Made by a program: the position numbers and the translations under genes. Shown here piece by piece: positions 25,009 through 34,519 of a stretch of 36,610 nucleotides of DNA. The notes under the pieces are model-generated. The model was given only the letters and a program-made list of their open reading frames with translations, made no database searches and was not told where the DNA came from. The number at the start of each line of letters is the position of its first letter. The stretch's first letter is position 1. Source of the DNA: Chloroflexota bacterium (lineage in GTDB: Bacteria; Chloroflexota; Chloroflexia; QHBQ01); the NCBI GenBank assembly GCA_043754535.1, contig JAYUUN010000073.1:1-36610 (forward strand), written 5' to 3'.

Positions 25009-25605
25009 TTAGCGGCTGCCTGGCTTGACCAGTGGGATGTGCTGGCGGCACATCGGGCATTCGTCGGCGCGGTAGGTGGGGATGTCCAGGCGGGCAAGGG
25101 CGTGCATGGGGTAGCCAAAGTCTACGCGGCCCATACTGCGGTCAACCAGCACCCCTATGCCCACGATCTGGCCCTCAAGCTGCTCTACCGCCGCCAGCAC
25201 CTCGCGCAGGCTGAGGCCGGTAGTGAGGATGTCGTCCAATACCAGCACCTTCTCGCCCGGCTTGATCGTGAAGCCCCGCCGGAAGATGCGTTCGCCCAGC
25301 CTGGCATTCTCATCACCGCTAGCCCGTTCGGCGAAGATGCTGCGGATGTTCTCGCCCAACGCCCGTGCCGCCGCGTAAGCCAGCAGCACACCGCCTACCG
25401 TCGGCCCAGCCACCACCGTCGCACCGAGGCTGCGGAAGTGGTCGGCCAGTGCGCCGCAGAGCAGGTCGGTGTAGCGCGGGTATTGTAGTACTGCGAACTT
25501 CTCGATGTACATATTGCTGTGTAGTCCGGAGGTGAGCAGGAAGTGACCATCCTGGATCGCCCCGGCCTGGCGGAAGATTTGGGCTACGTCCAACTGGTTA
25601 TCCAA
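25009..25605 (-). CDS. pyrE: Orotate phosphoribosyltransferase
   Basis: GHFLLTSGLHS, FAER, VLVLDDILTTGLS PRPP loop, CPMC, VKPGSR; TTG start with AAGGAG RBS. Confidence 0.96.
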   Translation of the reverse strand: MDNQLDVAQIFRQAGAIQDGHFLLTSGLHSNMYIEKFAVLQYPRYTDLLCGALADHFRSLGATVVAGPTVGGVLLAYAAARALGENIRSIFAERASGDENARLGERIFRRGFTIKPGEKVLVLDDILTTGLSLREVLAAVEQLEGQIVGIGVLVDRSMGRVDFGYPMHALARLDIPTYRADECPMCRQHIPLVKPGSR

Positions 25606-25653
25606 ACCACACTCCTTCTTTCTAGATCGCCGTGCAAGCAGCAGGCTGCGTCG

Positions 25654-26514
25654 TCAAGGCCCAGTTAGCGGCTTGCGCCCACTCAGGTCGAAGCGCAGCC
25701 CAGCAGTGAGGATGTGCAGGGTTAGCCCAACAATCGCCACCGGCTGGTTGCTGTGCGCCTCGGCTACATTGGTGTAGCTGACAGCACTGCCGTCCAGGAT
25801 CGTCACCGCCCCTGCGCCAATCACCTCGGCTACCCCATCTGGGCCGACAAACAGGGCGGTGTCCTCGTCAATGCCGACCGCCAGTTGGCCTGGATTGAGG
25901 GCCAGCGCACTGATCAGGCGGTAGAGCCGCTGACGTTGATCGAAGTGCTGGTCGATCAGCAGGTTGTTGATCAGGTCTAGCCCTGGGCCAAGCTCGACCA
26001 GCCCGCGCCGCACCATCGGCGTACTTGGCCCTTGCAGGATGATCGTCTCGCCCATCGCTGCCGCCCCGGCACTGGTACCAGCCACTACCCCGCCGAGTTG
26101 GTAGAGGTTGTGGATGGCCCGCTCGACCAGCGTGCCGCCAATCTCACTGACCAGCCGTAGCTGCTCACCGCCGCTGATCATCAAGCCCGTCGCCTGGCCG
26201 ATCATCGCCGCCAGAGCGGGGTCATTGGCCTGTGCGCGCGTCTCTGCACCCACCGCCTGGAAGGATTGCACCCCAATCTGCTGGAAGGCGGCGGTATAGA
26301 CTGGCACGTAGAGTTCGGGCAAGGCAGAGGCGTTGCTAAGCAGAACAATGCGCGCCGCAGACCCGCCCGCTGCCGCCACGAACCGCCGCAGGATCAGCAG
26401 TGCTTCTGTACGATCCTCATGACCACCGATGATCAGCAGGCTGCCTCGTGTCCCCGCGAGCAGGATGTCTTCGCCTGCCGCCACCTGCTCGCCTGCTGGC
26501 TCTACACTGCTCAT
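25654..26514 (-). CDS. cphB: Cyanophycinase (peptidase S51)
   Basis: LIIGGHED, SGGEQLRL, GTSAGA, IDQHF, GIDEDTA (Ser-His-Glu triad intact); ATGA overlap with cax. Confidence 0.9.
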   Translation of the reverse strand: MSSVEPAGEQVAAGEDILLAGTRGSLLIIGGHEDRTEALLILRRFVAAAGGSAARIVLLSNASALPELYVPVYTAAFQQIGVQSFQAVGAETRAQANDPALAAMIGQATGLMISGGEQLRLVSEIGGTLVERAIHNLYQLGGVVAGTSAGAAAMGETIILQGPSTPMVRRGLVELGPGLDLINNLLIDQHFDQRQRLYRLISALALNPGQLAVGIDEDTALFVGPDGVAEVIGAGAVTILDGSAVSYTNVAEAHSNQPVAIVGLTLHILTAGLRFDLSGRKPLTGP

Positions 26515-27674
26515 GGATGCAAGAAGAAGGCGACCGCCAGGATCGCATAGACCGCCAGCAGTTGCAGCCCCTCGAACCAGTTGCTCTCCCCGTCGTTGGT
26601 CACCAGGTTGACGATCACCACTGAGACGATGATCGCGGCCAGCTCGAAGGGATTGAACAGCAGGGTGATGCGGCTGGCTCCACCCATGATGAAGCCGATG
26701 AAGACGAGCAAGGGCGCAACAAAGAGGGCGATTTGCAGGCTGCTGCCCAGCGCGATGCCCAGGGCCAGGTTCATCTTGCCCTTCATTGCCACCGTGACAG
26801 CGGTCAGGTGTTCGGCGGCGTTGCCGATGATCGCCACCAGGATTACGCCAATAAAGAGGTCGGTCAGGTTAAACTGGTTGCCAAGCTCCTCCAGGCTGCC
26901 GACCAGGAACTCGGAGAGGAAGCCGACGATCACCGTCGCCCCCCCCAGCACCAGCAGCGACTTACGCACCGGCCAGACCGGGCCGTGCATCGCTTCCTCC
27001 TCCTCCTCGCTGTAGAGTTGGGCGTGGGTGCGGAGCGAAAAGAGCAACTGCGCGGCGTAGGACAGGATCAGGATAGCAGAGACCAGCAGGCTGAGGCCCT
27101 CCAGGGTGTCGCTGCTCTCGGTCAGGCCGGGGCTGGTGTAGAAGAAGGCAGCGGGGGCGATCAGGCCGATCACACCGACGGTCATCTGGGTTGCGCTGGC
27201 CGAGGCTCCCATGCGGTTGAACTCCTGCTTGTCGCGGCGCGCCCCACCAAGCAGGATCGACAGGCCAAGAACAAAGAGGATGTTGCCGATGATCGAGCCA
27301 GTAATGCTGGCCTTGACCACCTCGGTCAACCCCTTCTGCAAGGCGAAGAAGGCGATGATCAACTCAACTGCGTTGCCGAAGGTGGCGTTGAGCAGACCAC
27401 CGACACCCGCCCCCGCCCTTGCCGCCAACTCCTCAGTTGCAGTGCCTAGCACTTTCGCCAGTGGCATGATCGCCAGGGCGCAGAGGATGAATATCCACGT
27501 CCCTGGTAGGTGGGCGAACTCGGCAATGAAGGCGATTGGTACGAAGATCAGCAGCCCAGCGATGATCTTGTTCAACCAGCCCGCTCCACCTTTGTTGTCA
27601 GGGTCGATCCCCGCGATGGTCAGCATCTCTGCGCCCCAACTCAGCTTGTGTACTTCTACCTGTGTCTTTTGCAT
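26511..27674 (-). CDS. cax: Calcium/proton exchanger (CAX), paralog B
   Basis: Alpha-repeats NATFGNAVE and GNAAEH; acidic loop; DGESNWFEG. Confidence 0.95.
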   Translation of the reverse strand: MQKTQVEVHKLSWGAEMLTIAGIDPDNKGGAGWLNKIIAGLLIFVPIAFIAEFAHLPGTWIFILCALAIMPLAKVLGTATEELAARAGAGVGGLLNATFGNAVELIIAFFALQKGLTEVVKASITGSIIGNILFVLGLSILLGGARRDKQEFNRMGASASATQMTVGVIGLIAPAAFFYTSPGLTESSDTLEGLSLLVSAILILSYAAQLLFSLRTHAQLYSEEEEEAMHGPVWPVRKSLLVLGGATVIVGFLSEFLVGSLEELGNQFNLTDLFIGVILVAIIGNAAEHLTAVTVAMKGKMNLALGIALGSSLQIALFVAPLLVFIGFIMGGASRITLLFNPFELAAIIVSVVIVNLVTNDGESNWFEGLQLLAVYAILAVAFFLHP

Positions 27675-27716
27675 TTCTACTTACTCTCCCCCACTTGCCG
27701 AAAGTTACGCCCCGCC

Positions 27717-28877
27717 CTAGTCATGCAAGAAGAAGGCCACCCCCAGCATAGCGTAAACCACCAGTAGCTGTACCCCCTCGAACCAGTTGCTCTCGCCATC
27801 CTGGGTAATCAGGTTGACGATCAGCACGGCAAAGACGATGGAGATTAGTTCAAAGGGGTTGAACAGCAAGGTCAGGCGGCTGGCTCCACCCATGATTGCC
27901 CCAGCGAAGACGAGGAAGGGGGCGACGAACAGAGCCAGTTGTAGGCTACTGCCCAGCGCGATACCCAGCGACAGGTTCATCTTGTCTTTCAGGGCGACGG
28001 TGACGGCGGTCATGTTCTCGGCGGCGTTGCCGATTAGAGCGACCAGGATCACGCCGACGAACAACTCTGACCAGCCAAACTGGGTGGTTAGCGACTCCAC
28101 GCTGCTGACCAGCAACTCGGCCAGCACACCAATCATCACTGCTGTCCCCGCCAGCACTACCACCGACTTGCGGATCGGCCACGACTCGCCCAACGCCTCC
28201 TCCTGCTCCTCACGATAGTTGTTGGCGTGGGTGCGAAGCGAAAAGATCAGTTGCGCGACGTAGGCTACGACCAGCACGATAGCCATCAGCACGCTGATTC
28301 CCTCTACCTCGTTGCTGCTCTGACCCAGCTTCGGGCTGGTGTAGAAGAAGGCGGCGGGGACGAGCAGGCCGATCACCGCTACGGTCATCTGGGTTGCACT
28401 GGCACTGATCGCCGTGCGGTTGAAGGTCTGCTTCTCGCGCTTGAGACCGCCAAGAAAGAGAGAGAGGCCGAGGACGAATAGGAGATTACCCAAGATCGAG
28501 CCAGTCAAGCTGGCCTTGACCACCTCTGTCAGCCCCTTCTGCAAGGCAAAAAAGGAGATGATCAGTTCGGTGGCGTTGCCAAAGGTGGAATTGATCAGGC
28601 CGCCAATGCCGCTCCCGACCCGGCTGGATAGCTCCTCGGTGGCTGTCCCCAGCACCTTCGCCAGCGGGATGATGCCCAACGCGCTGAGGATGAACATTGG
28701 CACCCCAGCAACGTGGAATAGCAGGGAGGCGATCAGGGCGACCGGCACGAAGATCAGCAGCACGCCGAACGCTTTGTTCAGGATACCAGCCCCCGAACGG
28801 TCGCTCATATCGATCCCAGCGATCTCCAAAGCCTGGTTGAGCAGCGTCCTTTCGTTCTTCAGCACCGGATGCGCCAT
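27717..28877 (-). CDS. cax: Calcium/proton exchanger (CAX), paralog A
   Basis: Alpha-repeats NSTFGNATE and GNAAEN; DGESNWFEG; GGAGG RBS (start 28877 or 28880). Confidence 0.94.
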   Translation of the reverse strand: MAHPVLKNERTLLNQALEIAGIDMSDRSGAGILNKAFGVLLIFVPVALIASLLFHVAGVPMFILSALGIIPLAKVLGTATEELSSRVGSGIGGLINSTFGNATELIISFFALQKGLTEVVKASLTGSILGNLLFVLGLSLFLGGLKREKQTFNRTAISASATQMTVAVIGLLVPAAFFYTSPKLGQSSNEVEGISVLMAIVLVVAYVAQLIFSLRTHANNYREEQEEALGESWPIRKSVVVLAGTAVMIGVLAELLVSSVESLTTQFGWSELFVGVILVALIGNAAENMTAVTVALKDKMNLSLGIALGSSLQLALFVAPFLVFAGAIMGGASRLTLLFNPFELISIVFAVLIVNLITQDGESNWFEGVQLLVVYAMLGVAFFLHD

Positions 28878-28911
28878 CATTCCTCCGTTTTAGTGGTTAG
28901 ACTTGCCGCCC

Positions 28912-28952
28912 ATTATACCCCAATCGGGCGCATCTGCCAACTATGGTATAAT
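28912..28952. promoter_or_regulatory. Divergent promoters for the cax operon and the MraY-family gene
   Basis: Minus: TTGGCA-N17-TATAAT (28940-28912); plus: TGGTATAAT (28944-28952). Confidence 0.65.
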
Positions 28953-28981
28953 CGGGCTGAGCATTGGGTAGAGGAGGAGGG

Positions 28982-30166
28982 ATGGTACTGGCGCAGGTGG
29001 TCTGTGGGGTAGGCAGCAGCGTAAGCTATCTCTACATGGCTGGCATTGCTGTCGCTACCTTTGCCTGCGCGTACCTGCTAATCTGGCCGATCGATCGCTT
29101 CGCGCAGCGGCACGGCCTGTTGGTGCAGCCCGACGACGAGCGGCGCATCCACCGCCAACCGACCGCACAACTGGGTGGCATTGCGATGTACATCGCCTTC
29201 CTGTTCGGCCTCGCTCTCACCTTTCTGCCTTTGCCCTGCTACAGCGGCTGGCAGGGGGAGGATCGTGCGAAGGTGCTGTTGCTCATCTTTGGCGCAACGA
29301 TCATCTTCGTCGTCGCCCTGCTAGATGACTTGCGCCCCTTGCCTGCTCTGCCCCGCCTGCTGCTGCAATTCATTGCCGCCGGGATAGTAATCCTACCCTA
29401 CCTGTTCACTGGCACTAGCGATCCCGCTAGCGGCCTCAAGTTGGGCAGCAGTGGCATCCTAATCGACACGATCAACGTGCCGCTTTTCTTCCAACACCTG
29501 CTCAACCTGCCGCTGGCCGCCCCAATTGCTGGCGGTACGGCCACTATCGTCATCCCCTTGATCCTTGCTCTGCCCGCGACCTTCGTGTGGGTGGTGGGTA
29601 TCACCAACGCGCTAAACTGGATCGACGGTATGGACGGCCTCGCCGCTGGGGTAACGCTGATCAGCAGCCTTGTCCTCTTTCTGCGTACTTTCGGTCTGGG
29701 ACAGGAGATGCTCGCCTTCCTGCCCGCCGTGCTGGGGGCGGCTGCTCTCGGCTTCCTGCCCCACAACTGGCACCCGGCCCGCATCTTCATGGGCGACAAC
29801 GGGGCAATGTTCCTCGGCTACGTGCTGGCAGTGATCAGCTTCATTGGCGGGGCGAAGCTGGCGACCGCCCTGCTTGTCCTCGGCGTGCCGCTGATCGACA
29901 TGGCGTGGCTGATCATCTACCGCATCATCCGTGGCGGCAACCCCACGCGGGCGGGTCGTAGCCATCTGCACCACCGCCTGCTCGATATTGGCCTCAGCCA
30001 ACGGCAGGTTGCGCTGCTGTTCTACGGCCTCTGCGCGGGCTTCGGCGCGCTCGGCCTGTTGCTGCCCAACAGCGCATCCAAGCTGGCCGCCCTGCTGCTG
30101 ATGGGCATCGTGATCGGCGGCTTCCTGGTCTACATCGCTCGTCGCGAGTTTGATCGGCGGGTTTAG
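28982..30166 (+). CDS. MraY-family polyprenyl-phosphate GlcNAc-1-phosphate transferase (TagO/WecA-like)
   Basis: RRIH..PT..LGG, LLDD, NALNWIDGMDGL, FMGDNG, HLHHRL; AGGAGG RBS before ATG 28982. Confidence 0.94.
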   Translation: MVLAQVVCGVGSSVSYLYMAGIAVATFACAYLLIWPIDRFAQRHGLLVQPDDERRIHRQPTAQLGGIAMYIAFLFGLALTFLPLPCYSGWQGEDRAKVLLLIFGATIIFVVALLDDLRPLPALPRLLLQFIAAGIVILPYLFTGTSDPASGLKLGSSGILIDTINVPLFFQHLLNLPLAAPIAGGTATIVIPLILALPATFVWVVGITNALNWIDGMDGLAAGVTLISSLVLFLRTFGLGQEMLAFLPAVLGAAALGFLPHNWHPARIFMGDNGAMFLGYVLAVISFIGGAKLATALLVLGVPLIDMAWLIIYRIIRGGNPTRAGRSHLHHRLLDIGLSQRQVALLFYGLCAGFGALGLLLPNSASKLAALLLMGIVIGGFLVYIARREFDRRV

Positions 30167-30196
30167 CTGTATAATAGGGCAAAGGAGGGCGCAACC

Positions 30197-30763
30197 ATGA
30201 AGTTTTCAGGCAAGGGTGATAGTGGGTACACTGGTCTGTTTGGCGGCGGGGAGCGGGTGCCTAAGTACAACCTGCGGATCGACACGCTGGGCGATCTGGA
30301 CGAGGCTTCGTCGGCTCTGGGCGTGGCGCGGGCAGCTAGCCAGTCAGCACGGGTGCGCGAGATCGTCTACAGTAGCCAGCAACAGCTATACACGCTGATG
30401 GCTGAGATTGCCACCCCTGGTGGCGAATTGGATGCCCAATACACAGTGCAGGCAGAGCAGGTGGCAGCGGTGGAGAAGCTGATTGACGACTTGCAGGAAG
30501 AAGTGAAGCTACCCAACAAGTTCATCATCCCAGGGGAGACCCTCGCCTCGGCCCACCTCGACCTCGCCCGCACGGTGGTGCGCCGGGCCGAACGTAGCGT
30601 GGTGGAGCTAGCCCACCAGGATTTGGTCAAGAACGAGCATCTGCTCGCCTACCTCAACCGCCTCTCCTCGCTGATCTTCGTCCTTGCCCGCTACGAGGAA
30701 GCGGTGGTTGAACATCACGCCTTTGCTATCGCCACCCCGCCAGCCGAGGGCGTGGGGGGCTAG
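30197..30763 (+). CDS. pduO: ATP:cob(I)alamin adenosyltransferase (PduO type)
   Basis: GDSGYTGL, GDLDE, FIIPG, ARTVVRRAER, YLNRLS; TATAAT at 30170 and AAGGAGG RBS. Confidence 0.93.
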   Translation: MKFSGKGDSGYTGLFGGGERVPKYNLRIDTLGDLDEASSALGVARAASQSARVREIVYSSQQQLYTLMAEIATPGGELDAQYTVQAEQVAAVEKLIDDLQEEVKLPNKFIIPGETLASAHLDLARTVVRRAERSVVELAHQDLVKNEHLLAYLNRLSSLIFVLARYEEAVVEHHAFAIATPPAEGVGG

Positions 30764-30793
30764 CTGCTCCTTGCCAACAGCTAGCAAAGCGAA

Positions 30794-30818
30794 GCGGCCC
30801 AGCAACTTGCTGGGCCGC
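30794..30818. terminator. Hairpin between convergent genes
   Basis: 11-bp stem GCGGCCCAGCA/TGCTGGGCCGC with a 3-nt loop. Confidence 0.7.
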
Positions 30819-30841
30819 CTCCTGCGCTTTAACTGCTACGC

Positions 30842-31588
30842 TCAAGCCTTGACCGCCAGCTGCTGCTCGATCTTAGCGGAGGCGGTCGCTGGGGCAGAAG
30901 CCTTCATAAAGCCGACGAACATCAGGATCGCCCCACCGAGGATGCCCCAGTAGAGGAAGCCTTCAGCGTGCAAGTCGCTGAGAACCCCACCGACGGCGGG
31001 GAAGAAGGCACCCACCGCGATGAACAGGTTGCCGATCATGCGGTTCGCCATCACCTTCTTGCGCCAGAACTGGTAGGCACTCCACAACGCGCCGCCACCG
31101 AGGGTGATCGTACCATAGATGTTGAAGGGGACGGTGAAGATCGCGCCACCCTCGACGATCTTCTTGCCCGTCAAGGTGCCACCCTGTTGCAGCCCACCGA
31201 TCATGTTGCTGTAGTTCGGCTCCTGGAAGGTAGTGGTGAACATGAAGACGACTGCGCCGAGCGACATCAGGCCGAGTACGATCATGGCGATGTGCGCGAA
31301 GCGGCGGGGGGCGAGCAGGTAGACCGACCCCTGCCCCAACCAGGCCGAGGTGAGGATCGCACCGGTCAGGTACCAGGCGCGGAAGGCTAGGTCGTGGCCG
31401 CTGTCGCCTGGTCGCCAGTTGAAGGCAGTGAGGTAGGCCTGGGCCAGGGTGCCAATGCCGTAGAGGACGAGGCCGATGCCCCAGAGCAGCAGGTGCGGCA
31501 GGTGCTTGTGCTGCCAGCGATTGAGGACGAACCCAGCGAAAACGAGCGTGAAGGCAAGGGCGACCAGCGAGACGACGAAGTTTACCAT
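30842..31588 (-). CDS. Conserved hypothetical 7-TM membrane protein
   Basis: About 7 hydrophobic helices; WY..GA...AWLGQGSVYL motif; GAAGGGG RBS. Confidence 0.85.
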   Translation of the reverse strand: MVNFVVSLVALAFTLVFAGFVLNRWQHKHLPHLLLWGIGLVLYGIGTLAQAYLTAFNWRPGDSGHDLAFRAWYLTGAILTSAWLGQGSVYLLAPRRFAHIAMIVLGLMSLGAVVFMFTTTFQEPNYSNMIGGLQQGGTLTGKKIVEGGAIFTVPFNIYGTITLGGGALWSAYQFWRKKVMANRMIGNLFIAVGAFFPAVGGVLSDLHAEGFLYWGILGGAILMFVGFMKASAPATASAKIEQQLAVKA

Positions 31589-31631
31589 TGCGAACCCCTT
31601 CCGATCATATGATCCTTTGCGTAATAGTTGG

Positions 31632-32957
31632 TTAAATAAAGTTGCTGATCATTGCCAGGTCGCCCAGTGGCCCTTTGCTGAGGCTGAGGCGGTAGCGTTG
31701 CTCGATCAAGTTCTTTAGCACGGTGGCGGGGATGCCAGTTAGCTTCACCCCGCTCTCCAGGTTGGCGATAGCGTCGCGGCTGCCGATGGAGATTACCTCG
31801 CCAACCACGTTCGGCCTGAACTCCTCGCGTCGTTGCTGCCCACCCGCCTGGGCGAAGATGTTGGCGGCTACCGTCTCTGCCTGTTGCAGGGCGATCTGCG
31901 CCGAGGGCGGCAAAGCGCGGCTACTGTCCGCCGCGATGCCATTGTCGCCAATAGCGAACACGCCGGGATAGTCGGTTGCCTCCAGGTACTCGTTGACCAC
32001 CACGCGCCCGCCGCGGCCAGTAGCGGCCCCCGCCTGCCGTGCCTCGCTGACCGCCTCCACCCCACCTGTCCAAACCAGCAGGCCATTAGGGATGGTGCGG
32101 CCCGACTTGAGGCTAAAGCTATCTGCCTGTACCGCAGCTACCGGGTCGCCGGTGACCACTGTCACCCCCAACTTCGCCAGTGATTGGGCAGCATATTGCA
32201 CCATCCAATCAGGGTAGCCGGGCAGCACCTGGCTCTGTGCTTCGATGATCAGCAGCTTTACCTCGGCGCGGGGGATGCTGAACTGCTGGCAGAGGCTGGC
32301 GATCCGCTCGGCGAACTCGCCCGCAAGCTCCACCCCGCTGAAGCCACCGCCGCCCACTACGAAGGTGAGCAACCCTTGCCGCTGCTCGCCCACAGGTAGA
32401 GCGGTGGCGGCCTGGAAGTTGGTGAGCATCTGCGCCGCTACCCGGCTCGCCTCCCCCGCCGACTTGATCGTGAAGGCGTGTTCCTTAAGGCCAGGGATGC
32501 CGAAGAAGGCAGTGGTGCTGCCGAGGGCTAGCAGCAGCCAGCGGTAGGGAATCGCTCCCTTGCTCGTTACCCCATCTGCCTTTGTCTCCACGATCACCCG
32601 CTGCTGAGCGAAGTCGAACTGCACCACGCGGGCCTGGACGAAGCGCACCCCCGTGCTACGCAAGATTTTGGCGAACGGCACGCGCACGCTCTCTGCTGTC
32701 GCTCGGCCACCAGCAACCTGGTGCAGTTCGGTGATCACCTGATGGTAGTCGTTCACATCGAGCAGAACGATTTCGAGCGGCACTGCTGCCGTGCGCCGCT
32801 TCAACTGGGCCAGCTTGAGGGCGGCGCGCAGGCCACCATAGCCACCGCCAATGATCAGTACCCGCTGGCTGGCGGCTGCTGGCTTACCTGCCAGCCCACC
32901 ATTATGTTGCACTTGCGCCATCTCCGTGATCCCCCTGGCTGGTGGCTGAGATACCAC
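31632..32957 (-). CDS. ndh: Type II NADH dehydrogenase-like FAD oxidoreductase
   Basis: GGGYGG, LALGS, GGGFSGVELAGE, WTGGV, AIGD, PPSAQIA; start either GTG 32957 (near-leaderless) or ATG 32921. Confidence 0.9.
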   Translation of the reverse strand: MVSQPPARGITEMAQVQHNGGLAGKPAAASQRVLIIGGGYGGLRAALKLAQLKRRTAAVPLEIVLLDVNDYHQVITELHQVAGGRATAESVRVPFAKILRSTGVRFVQARVVQFDFAQQRVIVETKADGVTSKGAIPYRWLLLALGSTTAFFGIPGLKEHAFTIKSAGEASRVAAQMLTNFQAATALPVGEQRQGLLTFVVGGGGFSGVELAGEFAERIASLCQQFSIPRAEVKLLIIEAQSQVLPGYPDWMVQYAAQSLAKLGVTVVTGDPVAAVQADSFSLKSGRTIPNGLLVWTGGVEAVSEARQAGAATGRGGRVVVNEYLEATDYPGVFAIGDNGIAADSSRALPPSAQIALQQAETVAANIFAQAGGQQRREEFRPNVVGEVISIGSRDAIANLESGVKLTGIPATVLKNLIEQRYRLSLSKGPLGDLAMISNFI

Positions 32958-32965
32958 CGACTCCG

Positions 32966-33014
32966 ATTATAGCAATTGACTCGCCTCTATAGCAACTTCG
33001 CACGTGTTGTGCCA
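32966..33014 (-). promoter_or_regulatory. ndh promoter region: sigma70 extended -10 plus upstream sigma54-type motif
   Basis: TTGCTA-N18-TATAAT with TG extension (32995-32966); TGGCACAACACGTGCG (33014-32999) with GG-N10-GC spacing. Confidence 0.5.
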
Positions 33015-33120
33015 CCTTAACGTTTCAGTAAAAAGCCCGTCGCAACCATCCATCTTGCTGAAGCGTTTATAATATCAGTGACTATTACAAGCAAAATGCC
33101 CTTAGAAGGAGCCTGACTAG

Positions 33121-34392
33121 ATGAATGCAGCCGGTACGGAACAGCGGCCACGCAAGCCAATCAAGCCTGACTGGGCGGCCATCTCGCGCCTATTCAGCTT
33201 GCTCTACCTCGTACTCACTATGCTGCTAGGCGCAGTGCTGATCTTCGACCTTGCGCGCTTTGTGGAGTACCCCAGCCTGCTAATATCCTTCTCGGTCGCT
33301 ATCGTCGGCGGGGTAATGGCGGTGGGGGTTGGCTATCTACGGATGCGAGCCGGGCAGGAGCGCAACTGGCGGTTGGCAGCTCTACCTTTCGCCATTACCC
33401 TGCTGGCCTGGCTAGGCGATATTCTCTGGCTGGTCGGCATCAAGACAGCTGGCATCTACTTTGGCCCACTGCTGACCATAATCCTCGCCAGCTTTATGGG
33501 GCGCAGCGTGATGGCGGCGGGTGTGCTGGTGCTAGCCCGCAACGGACGGCGGTTGCGGGTGGGCCTAATCCTCCTGATCGTCTGCAACCTGTTCCTTAGC
33601 GGCCTGCTGGTCTACGGCACCGTCATCGAGCCGTTCAACCTGCAAGTTAGCCGCGTCACCTTGCAGAGCGACAAGCTGCCAGTGGGCTACCGTCTGCGGA
33701 TCGTGCAGCTATCGGACTTGCACATGGAGCGGATTACAGACCGTGAACGGGCGATGGTTAAGCTGGTCAACGATGCGAGTGCGGATTTGCTGCTCACCAC
33801 TGGCGATTACCTCAACACCTCTTTCATTACCGACCCGATCACCCACGAGGATGTGCGCTCGGTCTTCCGCCAGATGCACGCCCAGTACGGCACGGTTGTC
33901 ATTGCTGGCACGGTCGAGTGGGACGTGAACACGCTCAAGCGGCTGTTCGCTGGCACCGATGTGGACGTAATGATCAACAGGGCTGAGGTGAAGGAGATTC
34001 GCGGTCAGCGGATCGTGATCGGCGCAACCCCCAGCCGCGATCCGATGTTTGCCGCCGTGCGCCGCAGCATCGCAGCCCAGGGTGGCACGCTAGCCAACTA
34101 CCGCATCCTGCTGACCCACAAGCCAGAGGACATGGATGTGGCCCAGAGCGACGGCTATGACCTTTATCTCGCAGGCCACACGCATGGCGGCCAGATTGCG
34201 CTACCTTTCTACGGCGCGCTGACCACTCTCTCCAAGTACGGCAAGAAGTACGAGCAGGGGCTGTATCATGAGGGTAACACCTACTTCTATGTCAATCGAG
34301 GTATTGGGATGGAGGGCAACGGTGCGCCGCGTATCCGCTTCCTCGCCCCACCAGAGGTGACGATCATTGACGTGGTTGGCACAGGGAAGTAG
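33121..34392 (+). CDS. Membrane-anchored metallophosphoesterase (YkuE/YaeI-like)
   Basis: N-terminal TMs; SDLH, TGDY, THKP, GHTHGGQ, VNRGIG, PPEV; AAGGAG RBS. Confidence 0.9.
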   Translation: MNAAGTEQRPRKPIKPDWAAISRLFSLLYLVLTMLLGAVLIFDLARFVEYPSLLISFSVAIVGGVMAVGVGYLRMRAGQERNWRLAALPFAITLLAWLGDILWLVGIKTAGIYFGPLLTIILASFMGRSVMAAGVLVLARNGRRLRVGLILLIVCNLFLSGLLVYGTVIEPFNLQVSRVTLQSDKLPVGYRLRIVQLSDLHMERITDRERAMVKLVNDASADLLLTTGDYLNTSFITDPITHEDVRSVFRQMHAQYGTVVIAGTVEWDVNTLKRLFAGTDVDVMINRAEVKEIRGQRIVIGATPSRDPMFAAVRRSIAAQGGTLANYRILLTHKPEDMDVAQSDGYDLYLAGHTHGGQIALPFYGALTTLSKYGKKYEQGLYHEGNTYFYVNRGIGMEGNGAPRIRFLAPPEVTIIDVVGTGK

Positions 34393-34472
34393 GCGCAAGC
34401 TAGCGGGGGAGGGCAAAACTGGGCTACTATGCCAGCGAATTGGGCGAGTTGAGGGCGGGCAGTCGTGCTTTC

Positions 34473-34481
34473 TGCTATAAT
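34473..34481 (+). promoter_or_regulatory. Extended -10 promoter for the SLH protein gene
   Basis: TGCTATAAT 38 nt upstream of the ATG. Confidence 0.6.
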
Positions 34482-34519
34482 AGGGGAGAGAACAAACCTG
34501 GCTAGAAGGAAGAAGTCGG

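Noticed and set aside
109..31390. Long antisense or alternate-frame ORFs (e.g. 109-846, 12027-13139, 18957-20183, 24454-25488)
   Set aside because: Shadow ORFs of well-supported genes, caused by GC-rich codon bias; no RBS or recognisable motifs
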